A DNA stretch of 64,000 bases. Source: a bacterium (GTDB taxonomy: Bacteria > Bacteroidota > Ignavibacteria > Kapaibacteriales > UBA2268). The DNA lies in contig JANJTB010000039.1 of the NCBI GenBank assembly GCA_024711295.1, positions 8,319 to 72,318 of the forward strand, given 5' to 3'. The first letter of the stretch is position 1, and each line of letters opens with the position of its first letter. The translations under genes and the position numbers were made by a program. The notes beneath the pieces were generated by a model that did not search any database, was not told the origin of the DNA, and worked only from the letters and a program-made list of their open reading frames with translations. This document shows positions 19,790 through 29,500 of the stretch, one piece after another.

Positions 19790-21016
19790 CTATTTAATTA
19801 ACTCTTTTATTTTAGATTGAGCTTGGTTTAATGCTTCTTGAGGTGATAGCTTGCCAAACAGCACAGTAACAGCAGCATCTTCAATTATTGCTTCAATATC
19901 AAGCCATTTAGGGTGAACAGGGGTCATTTTTGCAGACTCAAGCTGTTTTGCAAAAACAAGCCTATTCGGTTGTGATTGGTAAAATTCATCATTGAAAAAG
20001 CTTTTATCAGCAGGGAATCCTGCCTCGATTACTTCTTTACAGAATCTAAGAGAATTTTTACCATCAGTCATATATTTTACAAATTTCTTTGCTAATTCTG
20101 CGTTTTTTGATTTGCTGTTTACAGCCAAGTATTCACCACCTGCAAATGAAATACCTCTTGAGTTTGTAGAAGAAGGAACCATTGTAACAGCAAAATTCAA
20201 TTTAGGATTTTCGTTTTTAATTTTTTCCAACAACCAACCACCCGAAACCCACAAGGCAACTCTTCCTTCTACAAAAGAAGCGTCAATTTGCCTTTGTGTT
20301 TCGATTAAACCATATCTGCTAAGTTCAGCGTATTTATCGAGTGCTGCTGCATTTGCAGAACTATTTAATTGTGGAATACCAGCACTATCGAGTATTTTAC
20401 CACCAAAAGACCAGAACATTGATACTATTTTTTTATAAAGTCTGTGACGGTCAGAACCATTTGCTCCCCACCCATAAGTATTATTATTGTTTGCCAATCT
20501 TGCTAATTCAACTACATCGTCATAGCTTATATTACCAGATTCAATTTTCTTTAGACCATTTTCATTTATAAGAGATTTATTGTAGAATAATACTCTGGTA
20601 TCAACTACCCATGGTACGCAATAATACTTATTATTCCAAATTGTTGGTTCAATAGAAAAATCAACAAACTTATCAAAATGAATATCCTGGTTTGTCCATT
20701 CAGAAAGCACACCTGCAGAGCTGAATTGTGCTACCCAATCCGAACCTAATTCGATAACATCAGGAGCATTGCCTGCATTGAATGCGGCAAATAGTTTTGT
20801 CTTTCCATCATTCCAACTAAGTTCAGAAAGTTCAACTTTGCAGTTATTTTCCTTTTCGAACTCCTCTACCAATGATTTGATGATACCTTTCTGATTTGGC
20901 TCACTCCAAAAATGCCAAAATTTAATTGTTTTATCGGAAACCGACTCATCTTTTTTGTCGCATGAGTTAAGAAAAATCAATAATATCATACCAAGATATT
21001 GAAAATATCTATTCAT
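19790..21016 (-). CDS. Extracellular solute-binding lipoprotein (ABC transporter family-1 sugar-binding protein)
   Basis: Lipoprotein signal LLIFLNSCDKK. SBP_bac_1-like composition (FWHFWSEPNQ..., ...GNAPDVIELGSDW...). No permease or ATPase gene is adjacent. Confidence 0.7.
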   Translation of the reverse strand: MNRYFQYLGMILLIFLNSCDKKDESVSDKTIKFWHFWSEPNQKGIIKSLVEEFEKENNCKVELSELSWNDGKTKLFAAFNAGNAPDVIELGSDWVAQFSSAGVLSEWTNQDIHFDKFVDFSIEPTIWNNKYYCVPWVVDTRVLFYNKSLINENGLKKIESGNISYDDVVELARLANNNNTYGWGANGSDRHRLYKKIVSMFWSFGGKILDSAGIPQLNSSANAAALDKYAELSRYGLIETQRQIDASFVEGRVALWVSGGWLLEKIKNENPKLNFAVTMVPSSTNSRGISFAGGEYLAVNSKSKNAELAKKFVKYMTDGKNSLRFCKEVIEAGFPADKSFFNDEFYQSQPNRLVFAKQLESAKMTPVHPKWLDIEAIIEDAAVTVLFGKLSPQEALNQAQSKIKELIK

Positions 21017-21125
21017 AATTTTGACACTCCATAAAGAAAAATGTGGATTTTTAAGCTTAAATTAACTAAAAACAAATTTTTTTGATTATTTTTCGATTAT
21101 CGTTTTATATGTTTATAATAATAAG

Positions 21126-21133
21126 TATCTTTG
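21126..21133 (+). promoter_or_regulatory. Candidate Bacteroidetes-type -7 promoter element (TAnnTTTG) upstream of pyrG
   Basis: TATCTTTG ~40 nt upstream of the pyrG ATG in an AT-rich divergent intergenic region. Consensus known for Bacteroidetes sigma-A; applicability to this organism is unproven. Confidence 0.25.
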
Positions 21134-21173
21134 CTCTTTATATTTAATCAAAAATAAAAATAAATTTTTTAAA

Positions 21174-22811
21174 ATGCCGAAAAAACAAATAAATTCTAAG
21201 AGCACTAAATATATTTTTATTACCGGCGGTGTTTTGTCATCATTAGGTAAAGGTATAGCCTCTGCATCAATCAGTTTGATCCTTAAGCAGATGGGTTTTA
21301 GTGTTACAATCATGAAACTTGATCCTTATATTAATGTTGACCCGGGTACAATGAACCCTTTCCAGCATGGTGAAGTTTTTGTTACAGACGATGGTGCAGA
21401 AACTGACCTTGATTTAGGTCATTATGAAAGATTTCTGGGTCATTCTTTGAACAAAAATAATAATCATACTACCGGACAGGTTTATTTTGAGGTGATTTCT
21501 AAGGAAAGACGGGGACATTATCTTGGAAAAACTGTGCAGGTTATTCCTCATATAACTGACGAAATTAAGCATAGAATAAAAATATTTGATGGTGAGTACG
21601 ACTTTGTCCTTATCGAAATTGGGGGTACTGTAGGCGATATCGAATCATTACCTTTTTTAGAATCTCAAAGACAAATGAATCTTGAGTTGGGATATAAAAG
21701 AGTTTTGAATATTCACCTTACCTACGTGCCATACATAAGATCAGCCGGTGAAGTAAAAACAAAACCAACCCAGCATTCAGTTAAAACTCTTATGGAGTAT
21801 GGAATTAAGCCTGATATACTTTTGTGTCGTTCCGAATCAAAATTACCTAAGGATGTTCGCCAAAAGATAGCATTATTCTGTAGTGTTGAAGAAAATTCAG
21901 TTATTGAAGTCCCGGATGTTGACCATACAATATACGAAGTACCTATAGCATTTGCCAAAAGAGAGCTTGCAAATATTATCTTAGGCAAATTAGGTATGCC
22001 AATACCATCTTTAGAACTTGAAACATGGATTAAATTTGTTAATAGAATAAAATATCCCAAAAATGAAGTTAAGATAGCTCTGGTAGGAAAATATACCAAA
22101 TATCGTGACTCTTATAAAAGTATCATTGAAGCGTTTATTCATGCCGGTTCGATAAACAATGCAAAAATAAATCTGGAGCTAATAAATTCTGAAAATTTAA
22201 ACGAAGACAATATTGAAGAAATGCTTGCCGGAGTAGAAGGTGTGCTGGTAGGACCCGGTTTCGGAAACAGAGGTATTGAAGGCAAAATTGCTGCTATCAA
22301 ATATATTCGTGAAAACAACATTCCTTTTTTCGGCATTTGTTTAGGTATGCAATGTGCAGTAATTGAATTTGCACGTAATGTTTGCGGTTTGCCAAATGCT
22401 AATTCTTCAGAATTTGAAAAGAATGATTTCAATGTTATTGATTTGATGGATGAGCAAAAGAAAATTAAAGATAAAGGCGGTACAATGCGTCTTGGTGCCT
22501 ATCCATGCAAAATTAAAACTGAAACCAAAGCTTTTGAAGCTTACAAAGAGGAAAATATTTCTGAGCGACACAGACATCGCTATGAACTTAATAATTCCTT
22601 CAGAGATGTGTTAGAGAGTAAAGGAATGATCCTTAGTGGTCTGTCACCTGACGAAAAACTGGTTGAAATCGTTGAGCTAAAAGATCACCCATGGTTTGTT
22701 GGAGTGCAATTTCATCCTGAGTTGAAGTCTAGAGCTGTAACCGGACATCCTTTGTTTATAAACTTTATTAAAGCTGTTCTTAATAAAAAGAAAATTGAAC
22801 ATAAAGATTAA
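21174..22811 (+). CDS. pyrG: CTP synthase
   Basis: Canonical N-terminus [22 protein letters not shown] (synthetase domain). C-terminal class-I glutamine amidotransferase motifs ([10 protein letters not shown], ...GVQFHPE...). Full length at 545 aa. Confidence 0.95.
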   Translation: MPKKQINSKSTKYIFITGGVLSSLGKGIASASISLILKQMGFSVTIMKLDPYINVDPGTMNPFQHGEVFVTDDGAETDLDLGHYERFLGHSLNKNNNHTTGQVYFEVISKERRGHYLGKTVQVIPHITDEIKHRIKIFDGEYDFVLIEIGGTVGDIESLPFLESQRQMNLELGYKRVLNIHLTYVPYIRSAGEVKTKPTQHSVKTLMEYGIKPDILLCRSESKLPKDVRQKIALFCSVEENSVIEVPDVDHTIYEVPIAFAKRELANIILGKLGMPIPSLELETWIKFVNRIKYPKNEVKIALVGKYTKYRDSYKSIIEAFIHAGSINNAKINLELINSENLNEDNIEEMLAGVEGVLVGPGFGNRGIEGKIAAIKYIRENNIPFFGICLGMQCAVIEFARNVCGLPNANSSEFEKNDFNVIDLMDEQKKIKDKGGTMRLGAYPCKIKTETKAFEAYKEENISERHRHRYELNNSFRDVLESKGMILSGLSPDEKLVEIVELKDHPWFVGVQFHPELKSRAVTGHPLFINFIKAVLNKKKIEHKD

Positions 22812-22834
22812 TTAATTAAAATTTCGGAGTATTT

Positions 22835-23266
22835 ATGAAATTATTATTTGCATTATTTATTACTGTTGCAATTATATCTGCTTGTAGCAGTAGCAAAGAA
22901 ACTACTAAAAATGATAACCCTAATTTAGTTACCACTGCTTCAGGTCTTCAATACGAAGATATGTTGGTTGGAACCGGCGATACACCACAAAAGGGTCAAA
23001 CGTGTGTTGTTCATTATCATGGAACTTTACTTGATGGCACCGTTTTTGACAGTTCAAAAGAAAGAGGCAAACCTTTCGAGTTCAGCATAGGTGAAGGCAG
23101 AGTAATCAAAGGGTGGGATGAAGGAGTTATGACCATGAAAGTTGGCGGCAAGCGCAAACTGATTATTCCTGCTGATTTAGGCTATGGCTCAAGATCAATG
23201 GGAAAAATTCCTTCAAACGCTACTTTAGTATTTGAAGTTGAATTACTTGAAATCAAATCAAGGTAA
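22835..23266 (+). CDS. FKBP-type peptidyl-prolyl cis-trans isomerase (lipoprotein)
   Basis: Lipobox ISACSS. FKBP core VVHYHGTLLDGTVFDSS...PFEFSIGEGRVIKGWDEGV..M.VGGKRKLIIPADLGYG. Confidence 0.85.
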   Translation: MKLLFALFITVAIISACSSSKETTKNDNPNLVTTASGLQYEDMLVGTGDTPQKGQTCVVHYHGTLLDGTVFDSSKERGKPFEFSIGEGRVIKGWDEGVMTMKVGGKRKLIIPADLGYGSRSMGKIPSNATLVFEVELLEIKSR

Positions 23267-23270
23267 AAAA

Positions 23271-24521
23271 ATGAAAAATATCGTGTTATTCGATAATTCA
23301 CGGGTAGATGACCTCTACCCGTTTTCTGTAAATCATTGTTCATGGGAATTGAGATGTGGAGCTTTTAGGGTATTTGAAAGAATGAGGATTCAATATCCAA
23401 AAGCAAATTTACTCTTTCATTCTAGAAAATTATGGCTTGATTCTTTTCTAAAGAGATTTGAGCTAAATAATGATACTGCATTTTCTGATGATACTCTTTT
23501 CTTATCAGGAAATATAATTGTCGGACTAGGTTTTGACAATGATTTACGAGAATTAATCAAGCAATACGATAGTTTTACGATTTCAGTAAACGATGTAATT
23601 TATGGATTTTATTTGAAAAACGTTGACAATAATATTATGTCAATTTTTGAAAGAAATGAGTTGATTGACCTCGGAAGTGAAGTATTGAGCAAACTCCCCA
23701 AGATTAACGTCAAAAGTATCAAACCTATAAATTATTTATGGGAATCCTTATTTATAAATGGAGAAACCATTAATAATGATTTTGAACTATGTAATTCTTA
23801 CCAAAGGTATTTCCTTTCAGGTCATCATGGTGTGTTTGCATTAGAGCCCTCAAATATTTTGTTAGGCAAGAATGTTAAAATTGCCCCTTCAGTAGTCTTG
23901 GATGCGACAGGGGGAAAAATAATCATTGGTGATAATGTAAAAATTATGCCCCAATCTACTATTATAGGACCTTGTTTCATAGGTGATAATTCTGTTATTA
24001 AAATTGGTGCAAAAATTTATCAGGACAATTCGTTCGGTGAATGGTGTAAAATCGGCGGAGAAATCGAAAATAGCATAATACATGCATTTACCAATAAACA
24101 GCATGAAGGATTTTTAGGACATTCATATTTGGGAGAATGGGTCAACCTTGGAGCTGACACTAACAATTCTGATCTCAAAAACACATATTCTGAAATTGAT
24201 ATACAATTACCTGACAAGATTGTTAAAACCGGGAAAATGTTCGTTGGCTTGATGTGTGGCGACCATACCAAGTCCGGAATAAACTCAATGTTTACTACTG
24301 GAACTGTTGCTGGAGTATGTGGTATTATCGTTAAAGATTGGTTTATGCCAAACTTCATTAAATCTTTCAGTTGGGGTGGAAAAAACAATTCGCCTCAATA
24401 TAAGTTTGATAAAGCTATCGAAACAGCAAAAATTGTAATGGCTCGAAGAAACCGTAATTTGATTGATGAAGAAGTCGAATTGCTGAGAATTGAGTACAAT
24501 AAAGTAACAAGCCAAAGTTAG
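23271..24521 (+). CDS. Putative sugar-nucleotidyltransferase-like protein with a C-terminal left-handed beta-helix of hexapeptide repeats
   Basis: Runs of [LIV]-G-x-x-x-x-I hexapeptides (VKIAPSVVLDATGGKIIIGDNVKIMPQSTIIGPCFIGDNSVIKIGAKI...). The architecture resembles the Bacteroidetes 'putative sugar nucleotidyl transferase' family. The ATG at 23271 avoids an overlap with the FKBP gene. Confidence 0.55.
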   Translation: MKNIVLFDNSRVDDLYPFSVNHCSWELRCGAFRVFERMRIQYPKANLLFHSRKLWLDSFLKRFELNNDTAFSDDTLFLSGNIIVGLGFDNDLRELIKQYDSFTISVNDVIYGFYLKNVDNNIMSIFERNELIDLGSEVLSKLPKINVKSIKPINYLWESLFINGETINNDFELCNSYQRYFLSGHHGVFALEPSNILLGKNVKIAPSVVLDATGGKIIIGDNVKIMPQSTIIGPCFIGDNSVIKIGAKIYQDNSFGEWCKIGGEIENSIIHAFTNKQHEGFLGHSYLGEWVNLGADTNNSDLKNTYSEIDIQLPDKIVKTGKMFVGLMCGDHTKSGINSMFTTGTVAGVCGIIVKDWFMPNFIKSFSWGGKNNSPQYKFDKAIETAKIVMARRNRNLIDEEVELLRIEYNKVTSQS

Positions 24522-24539
24522 CTTTTATTACTACATCTA

Positions 24540-26417
24540 TCAGGATTTGTATTTATTTTTTTTCACCGCAGGCTCATTAATAGGTAATGTAAAACTAATT
24601 GTTGACCCTTTGTTAACTTCAGTTTCAACCAACATTTTCCCGTTGTTCTTCTCTACAAATTCTTTTACAATCACCATTCCCAATCCTGTACCTTTTTCTC
24701 CCTGCGTTCCTAATCTTGAAACTTTGGATGAAAAATCAAACATTTTATCCAGAGTGTCTTCGCTTATACCAGTTCCGAAGTCAATAACAGATATTTTTAT
24801 TTTTGACATATTGTCTTCTATTACTTTTTCGGAGTCTATAATAATTTTAGAGTCAGAAAAAGAGAATTTGATAGAATTAGATATTAGGTTTCTGAGGATT
24901 GTATATACCATATTAATATCGCAATAAGCAAAATCTCCATCAGGAATATTATTAATAATTTCAATTCTTTTTTTATCCGCAGATAGCTTATTTACTGATA
25001 TGACCTGATTTGATAGGAATTTTATATCATGAATGGCAGGTTCGAAGTCTATCCTGTTACTTTGGTTGCGTGACCAGGTGAGCAAGTTTTCCAAAAGTTC
25101 AAGGATTGAATTAGAAGAATCTGACATAAGTTTAGCAAAATTTTTTCGCTCAAAATCGTCAAGAGTATCATATTCATTTTTTAACAAATCTGCCAAATTT
25201 CTGAAAGCTCCGATAGGATTTTTAAGATCGTGAGCAATAATTGAAAAGAAAGTATCTTTCGACATGTTTATTTGCTCAAGTTTCTCATTTGCTAATTTTT
25301 GAATTTTATTCTTTTTAAAATAGTAGAAGAATGCAAAGAATAAAACAATTAAAATCGATAGGAAAATTACTGTATGACTTAGTATTTTGTTATCTCTTTC
25401 AATGATTTCCTTTTCTTTTCTGCTTATCTCATCTCGTATTTGGCTTTCAGTAATACTCCTGATTTTTTCTTCATCATAGATTTTTTCCATCTGCTGAATT
25501 GAAATCAATATGTAATGAATTGCTGAGTCAGGTTGATTGAAGCGATTTTTAAACAATTCAAACAGAAGGTAGGATGTTGAATAAATAAATGCACTGACTT
25601 TTAGTCTTGATGCTTCATTGTATGATAATCTGGCATAATATAAAGATGAATCGTTCATATTCATTTTATAGTAAACTCTTGCCAAATTTCCCAACACATT
25701 TGCCCTTTCCGAAAATTTATCGTCATTTTCAAAATATTCAAGGCACATTTTGTATGTCGGTATTGATAATGAATCTTGTCCTATGCCCGAATAATAAGTA
25801 CCTAATATATTAAGATTATTTGAGATAACTTCATTAAATCCTATCTTGTAAGCAATTTCGTTAGATAGATTTGCATAGTAAATAACCGAATCGCATTCTT
25901 TGTAAATAAATTTTTCAAGATAAATTGATGATAACCGGTTGTATGTTCGAGACAGTCCTATTTGATGATTCAGTTTATTAAATAAATTTCTGGCTTCAAA
26001 CAGATATTCCAAACCTTTGTCATAGTCTTTAGTTGCTCGGCAAATCTCACCAAGGTATCTTGTAGATTCAGCTTTTAAATCGAGTAAGGACTCGTCTTGC
26101 AGTTCATCTACAAGTTTGATAGACTGTAGTAAATAATATATTGAACGATCATAATCTGCACTTATAGAGTGGTTAATTGCAAGGGAATAGAGGGATAAAA
26201 TTTTTCCTCTGTTAAATTTAATACTTTCAGCAAGATGAAAAGCTTCGTTAGCCAAAACAATGTTCGAGTCTGTTGTCTTGAGTAAGCTTTGCTCAATCAT
26301 CAGATTCACTTTATTGCTATCGTTCGGTAGTTGCTGATAATCAGTATCAGTTTTGATTTCTTTCGGAAAAACGACAGACAGAAATAGTAGTGACAGTATT
26401 TTTAAATAAGTTTTCAA
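24540..26417 (-). CDS. Sensor histidine kinase with a periplasmic TPR-repeat sensor region, one transmembrane segment, and a HisKA + HATPase_c core
   Basis: N-terminal signal, then TPR-like repeats (YYLLQSIKLVD..., YYMKMNM...). TM segment LSHTVIFLSILIVLFFAFFYYF. H-box FFSIIAHDLKNPIGAF. ATPase motifs NLISNSIKFS, DFGTGIS, GTGLGM. Confidence 0.8.
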   Translation of the reverse strand: MKTYLKILSLLFLSVVFPKEIKTDTDYQQLPNDSNKVNLMIEQSLLKTTDSNIVLANEAFHLAESIKFNRGKILSLYSLAINHSISADYDRSIYYLLQSIKLVDELQDESLLDLKAESTRYLGEICRATKDYDKGLEYLFEARNLFNKLNHQIGLSRTYNRLSSIYLEKFIYKECDSVIYYANLSNEIAYKIGFNEVISNNLNILGTYYSGIGQDSLSIPTYKMCLEYFENDDKFSERANVLGNLARVYYKMNMNDSSLYYARLSYNEASRLKVSAFIYSTSYLLFELFKNRFNQPDSAIHYILISIQQMEKIYDEEKIRSITESQIRDEISRKEKEIIERDNKILSHTVIFLSILIVLFFAFFYYFKKNKIQKLANEKLEQINMSKDTFFSIIAHDLKNPIGAFRNLADLLKNEYDTLDDFERKNFAKLMSDSSNSILELLENLLTWSRNQSNRIDFEPAIHDIKFLSNQVISVNKLSADKKRIEIINNIPDGDFAYCDINMVYTILRNLISNSIKFSFSDSKIIIDSEKVIEDNMSKIKISVIDFGTGISEDTLDKMFDFSSKVSRLGTQGEKGTGLGMVIVKEFVEKNNGKMLVETEVNKGSTISFTLPINEPAVKKNKYKS

Positions 26418-26590
26418 ATATCAATTTTCTCATTTTACTCCAAAAGTAATCAATAACATATAAAAAAAAAATAAAAATCATCAATTTGGAAATAATCAAA
26501 AAAAAATATACAAATATGATTCGTTTTTTGTAACTTTTAAGCTATTTTAGTAATATTGGATAAAACAAATAATTTATTTTTAGGTGATTT

Positions 26591-29500
26591 ATGAAAATTG
26601 CTAAGAAATTTCATTCTTTTGCATTTATAATTTTATTAACGCTGACCTTAGGATGGGTTGAGGGCTACTCACAAGATTTGTTCGGTACATTGTCAAATCT
26701 TCCAACCAGCTATATCACCAAGGGAAAAGTCACTTTATCCGGGGATATTTTTATTACAGTTTGGGGTGGTGGTGTATATAAAAGCGGAAACAATGGTGAC
26801 ACATGGTCTCTTCAAAGTACAGGCCTCAATCACTTCTTGCTTACAGATATTGAATTTATTGGTTCAAGTGAAGCAATCGTTTCAACTATGGGTGGTGGAA
26901 TTTACAAAACTACATCCATGACGAATATTAATTGGAAGCAATCCAATTCAGGTTTAACCAATATGAATGTAAAAACAATCAAAACATACCCTAATGGTTG
27001 GATTATGATTGGCACTTATGGTGGTGGTATCTTCTTATCTAAAGATAAAGGTAATAATTGGATTAATGTTTCACAGGGGCTTTTGTATAGAGATATTACA
27101 TCTATAGAGGTTGCTGATAATGGATGGGTACTAGCAGGAACATACGGTGGTGGGATATTCCAGTCGAGGGACACTACAAAATCATGGACACGCCAAAATT
27201 CCGGTTTAAAGAATTTGTTTATAAATGACATCAAAAGAAGTGATAAAAATTATTTGTATGCTGCTACTAATGGTAGAGGTGTTTACATTTCTGTAAATGA
27301 TGGTATAGTATGGTCCGAACTTGATACTTTTATGACTCGACCTTTGAAAGTTAATCCTGTGCCATTACCGGACTTGAATACTACATGTATCACATTCAAC
27401 AGTTTGAGTTCACCTGTATTTGGCTCAAGATATGGGGGCATTTATGCTGAGGACTTAGTTGAAGATATGACATGGGTACCTACAAATCAACGCGGTATCG
27501 GAGTCAATTCATTAGCTAAATGGAAAGCTTATATGTATTCTTTCTTCCCATTCAGAGATCCATACAAAACAGATGGTAACGGGGAATCATGGACAGCTAT
27601 GAAAGGTGAAACAATAACAAATATGGGTTTAATCCCAAAAATATTTGCTAGAAATGACAGAGAGATAATTGCTTATTATCAAAATTATGTTAAAAAAACT
27701 ACTGATGATGGTGCAACATGGACTGTCTTAGGTGCTACACCAACGCCAATCAATAAAATAGCAATGGATTCCATCGGTAATTATTATGCAGCAACCGAAA
27801 AAGGATTATTTCGATCAGATGGATCATTACAAAGTTGGTCACTCGTGAAATGCCTTGATACAAATGTTTATGATGTAGAAGTATCACCAAGGGGCTCAAT
27901 TTTCATAATTACCAGATATTTTAAAATGCCCGAGCCACCTGCAACACCAATAGATGTTAGGATTGCATGGTTTACTACTGATGGTACTACATGGCAGAAA
28001 GCACCGATTGACTTTGATTTAAGAGAAATTCCTCCTACGGAAGTTTCCATAAATTACAATGCAAATGTTTATATCTCTTCAAACAAAGCAATTTATTATT
28101 CTTTAAATAACGGTGTAAACTGGATTGTATCTCAAACCAAGTTTGACAAAGATGTTAATAGTATTTCATTTTTGAGGGATAATACTGTTATTGTAGGGAC
28201 GGGCGGTGCAGGACTCTGGAAGTCAACTCTTCCGGGTACATTTGAGAGAATATGGTCTTATCCTGCAAATTCTGTTGAAATTGTTCATGTAACAAGAGAT
28301 AATAAAATATTTGCTTCAGGAACAAACATACTAATAGATGATGCTTATTCTTCATATCAGGCAACTTATGCTTCATTTGATACTTTGCTAACATTTGTAA
28401 ACATTAATAATAATTTTAATGCCGAACCTATCACATCTTTTACATCTTCAAAAAGTAGTGATTTTTATATGGCAACAAATTCAGGTATGATTTACCGAGC
28501 TATAAATCCTGCTAACCTGAAAACTCCTATATTACTTACTTTGCCTGATAAAGCTGTTGATATTGGAACAGGTTCAGTATTCTCGTGGACTGCCGACCCA
28601 AGAGCTGATTTATATCAGTTGGAAATTTCTTATAATGATGATTTTTCATATGTTTGGGAATCAGTAACACTAAGTGATACTACATATCAAAATACCATCG
28701 TTCCTGCTTCATACCATAAGTATTATTGGAGAGTACGTTCAAAAAATCATTCAGCAGTTAGTAACTGGTCGCCAGTTAGAACTTTTATATCAAAACTTGA
28801 GACACCAAAACTACACTTACCTGCTGATAAGTCTTTAAACATTCCTGTGTATGCAGTTTTGAATTGGTATTTGGTCGAAGGTTCTCAAAAGTATAAAATT
28901 CAGATTTCAGAGAAATCAGATTTTTCTTCCATAAGCTTTGAATGGGAATCAAATGATACTTCAACAACTTCTCCGCTTTTAAAAGGTAGAACGAAGTATT
29001 ATTGGAGAGTTATGGCATTGAATAATGATGTTACCAGTAATTGGTCAGGTTCATGGTCATTTGAGACTGTTTTTGGTCCGCCATTATTACTTAGTCCGCC
29101 AGATAATTCATTTGGTAATGAAATTTATACAATAATGACATGGGAAAAAGCTTCCGAAGTTGATGAGTATGATATTCAAATTGCAAGTGACACAGAATTT
29201 AAAAATATTGTTTATGAAAAGAACGGTATTCTTTCTTTGAGTACTAACCTGATTGAACCTCTTGAATTCAATAAGTTATACTATTGGAGAGTAAGGTCTA
29301 GAAATGGTCAGGTTACAAGTGAATGGTCCCTGATTTCGAAATTTTTAACAGCATATTCTTTCGTCACTTTAGAATCACCTCCTCATGAAAGCTTAAACAT
29401 ACCTGTGAATACTGAGTTTACTTGGAAAGAGCATGAATCAGTGAATAGCTTTGAAATTGAAATTTCTAAAGTGCATAATTTCTCTAATAATGTTGATTTA

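Noticed and set aside
19992-20571. 148-aa and 76-aa plus-strand ORFs opposite the solute-binding protein gene
   Set aside because: Antisense to a gene with a clear lipoprotein signal and family signature. Low-complexity translation.
21017-21173. Possible cobalamin riboswitch upstream of the binding-protein operon (minus strand) or pyrG leader structure
   Set aside because: The region is >80% A/T with no B12-box (GCCACTG-like) or extended paired elements.
23232-23270. Upstream start (MKLNYLKSNQGKK...) extending the hexapeptide-repeat gene into the FKBP gene
   Set aside because: Would overlap the FKBP gene by 35 nt. The ATG at 23271 immediately after the FKBP stop gives a sensible N-terminus.
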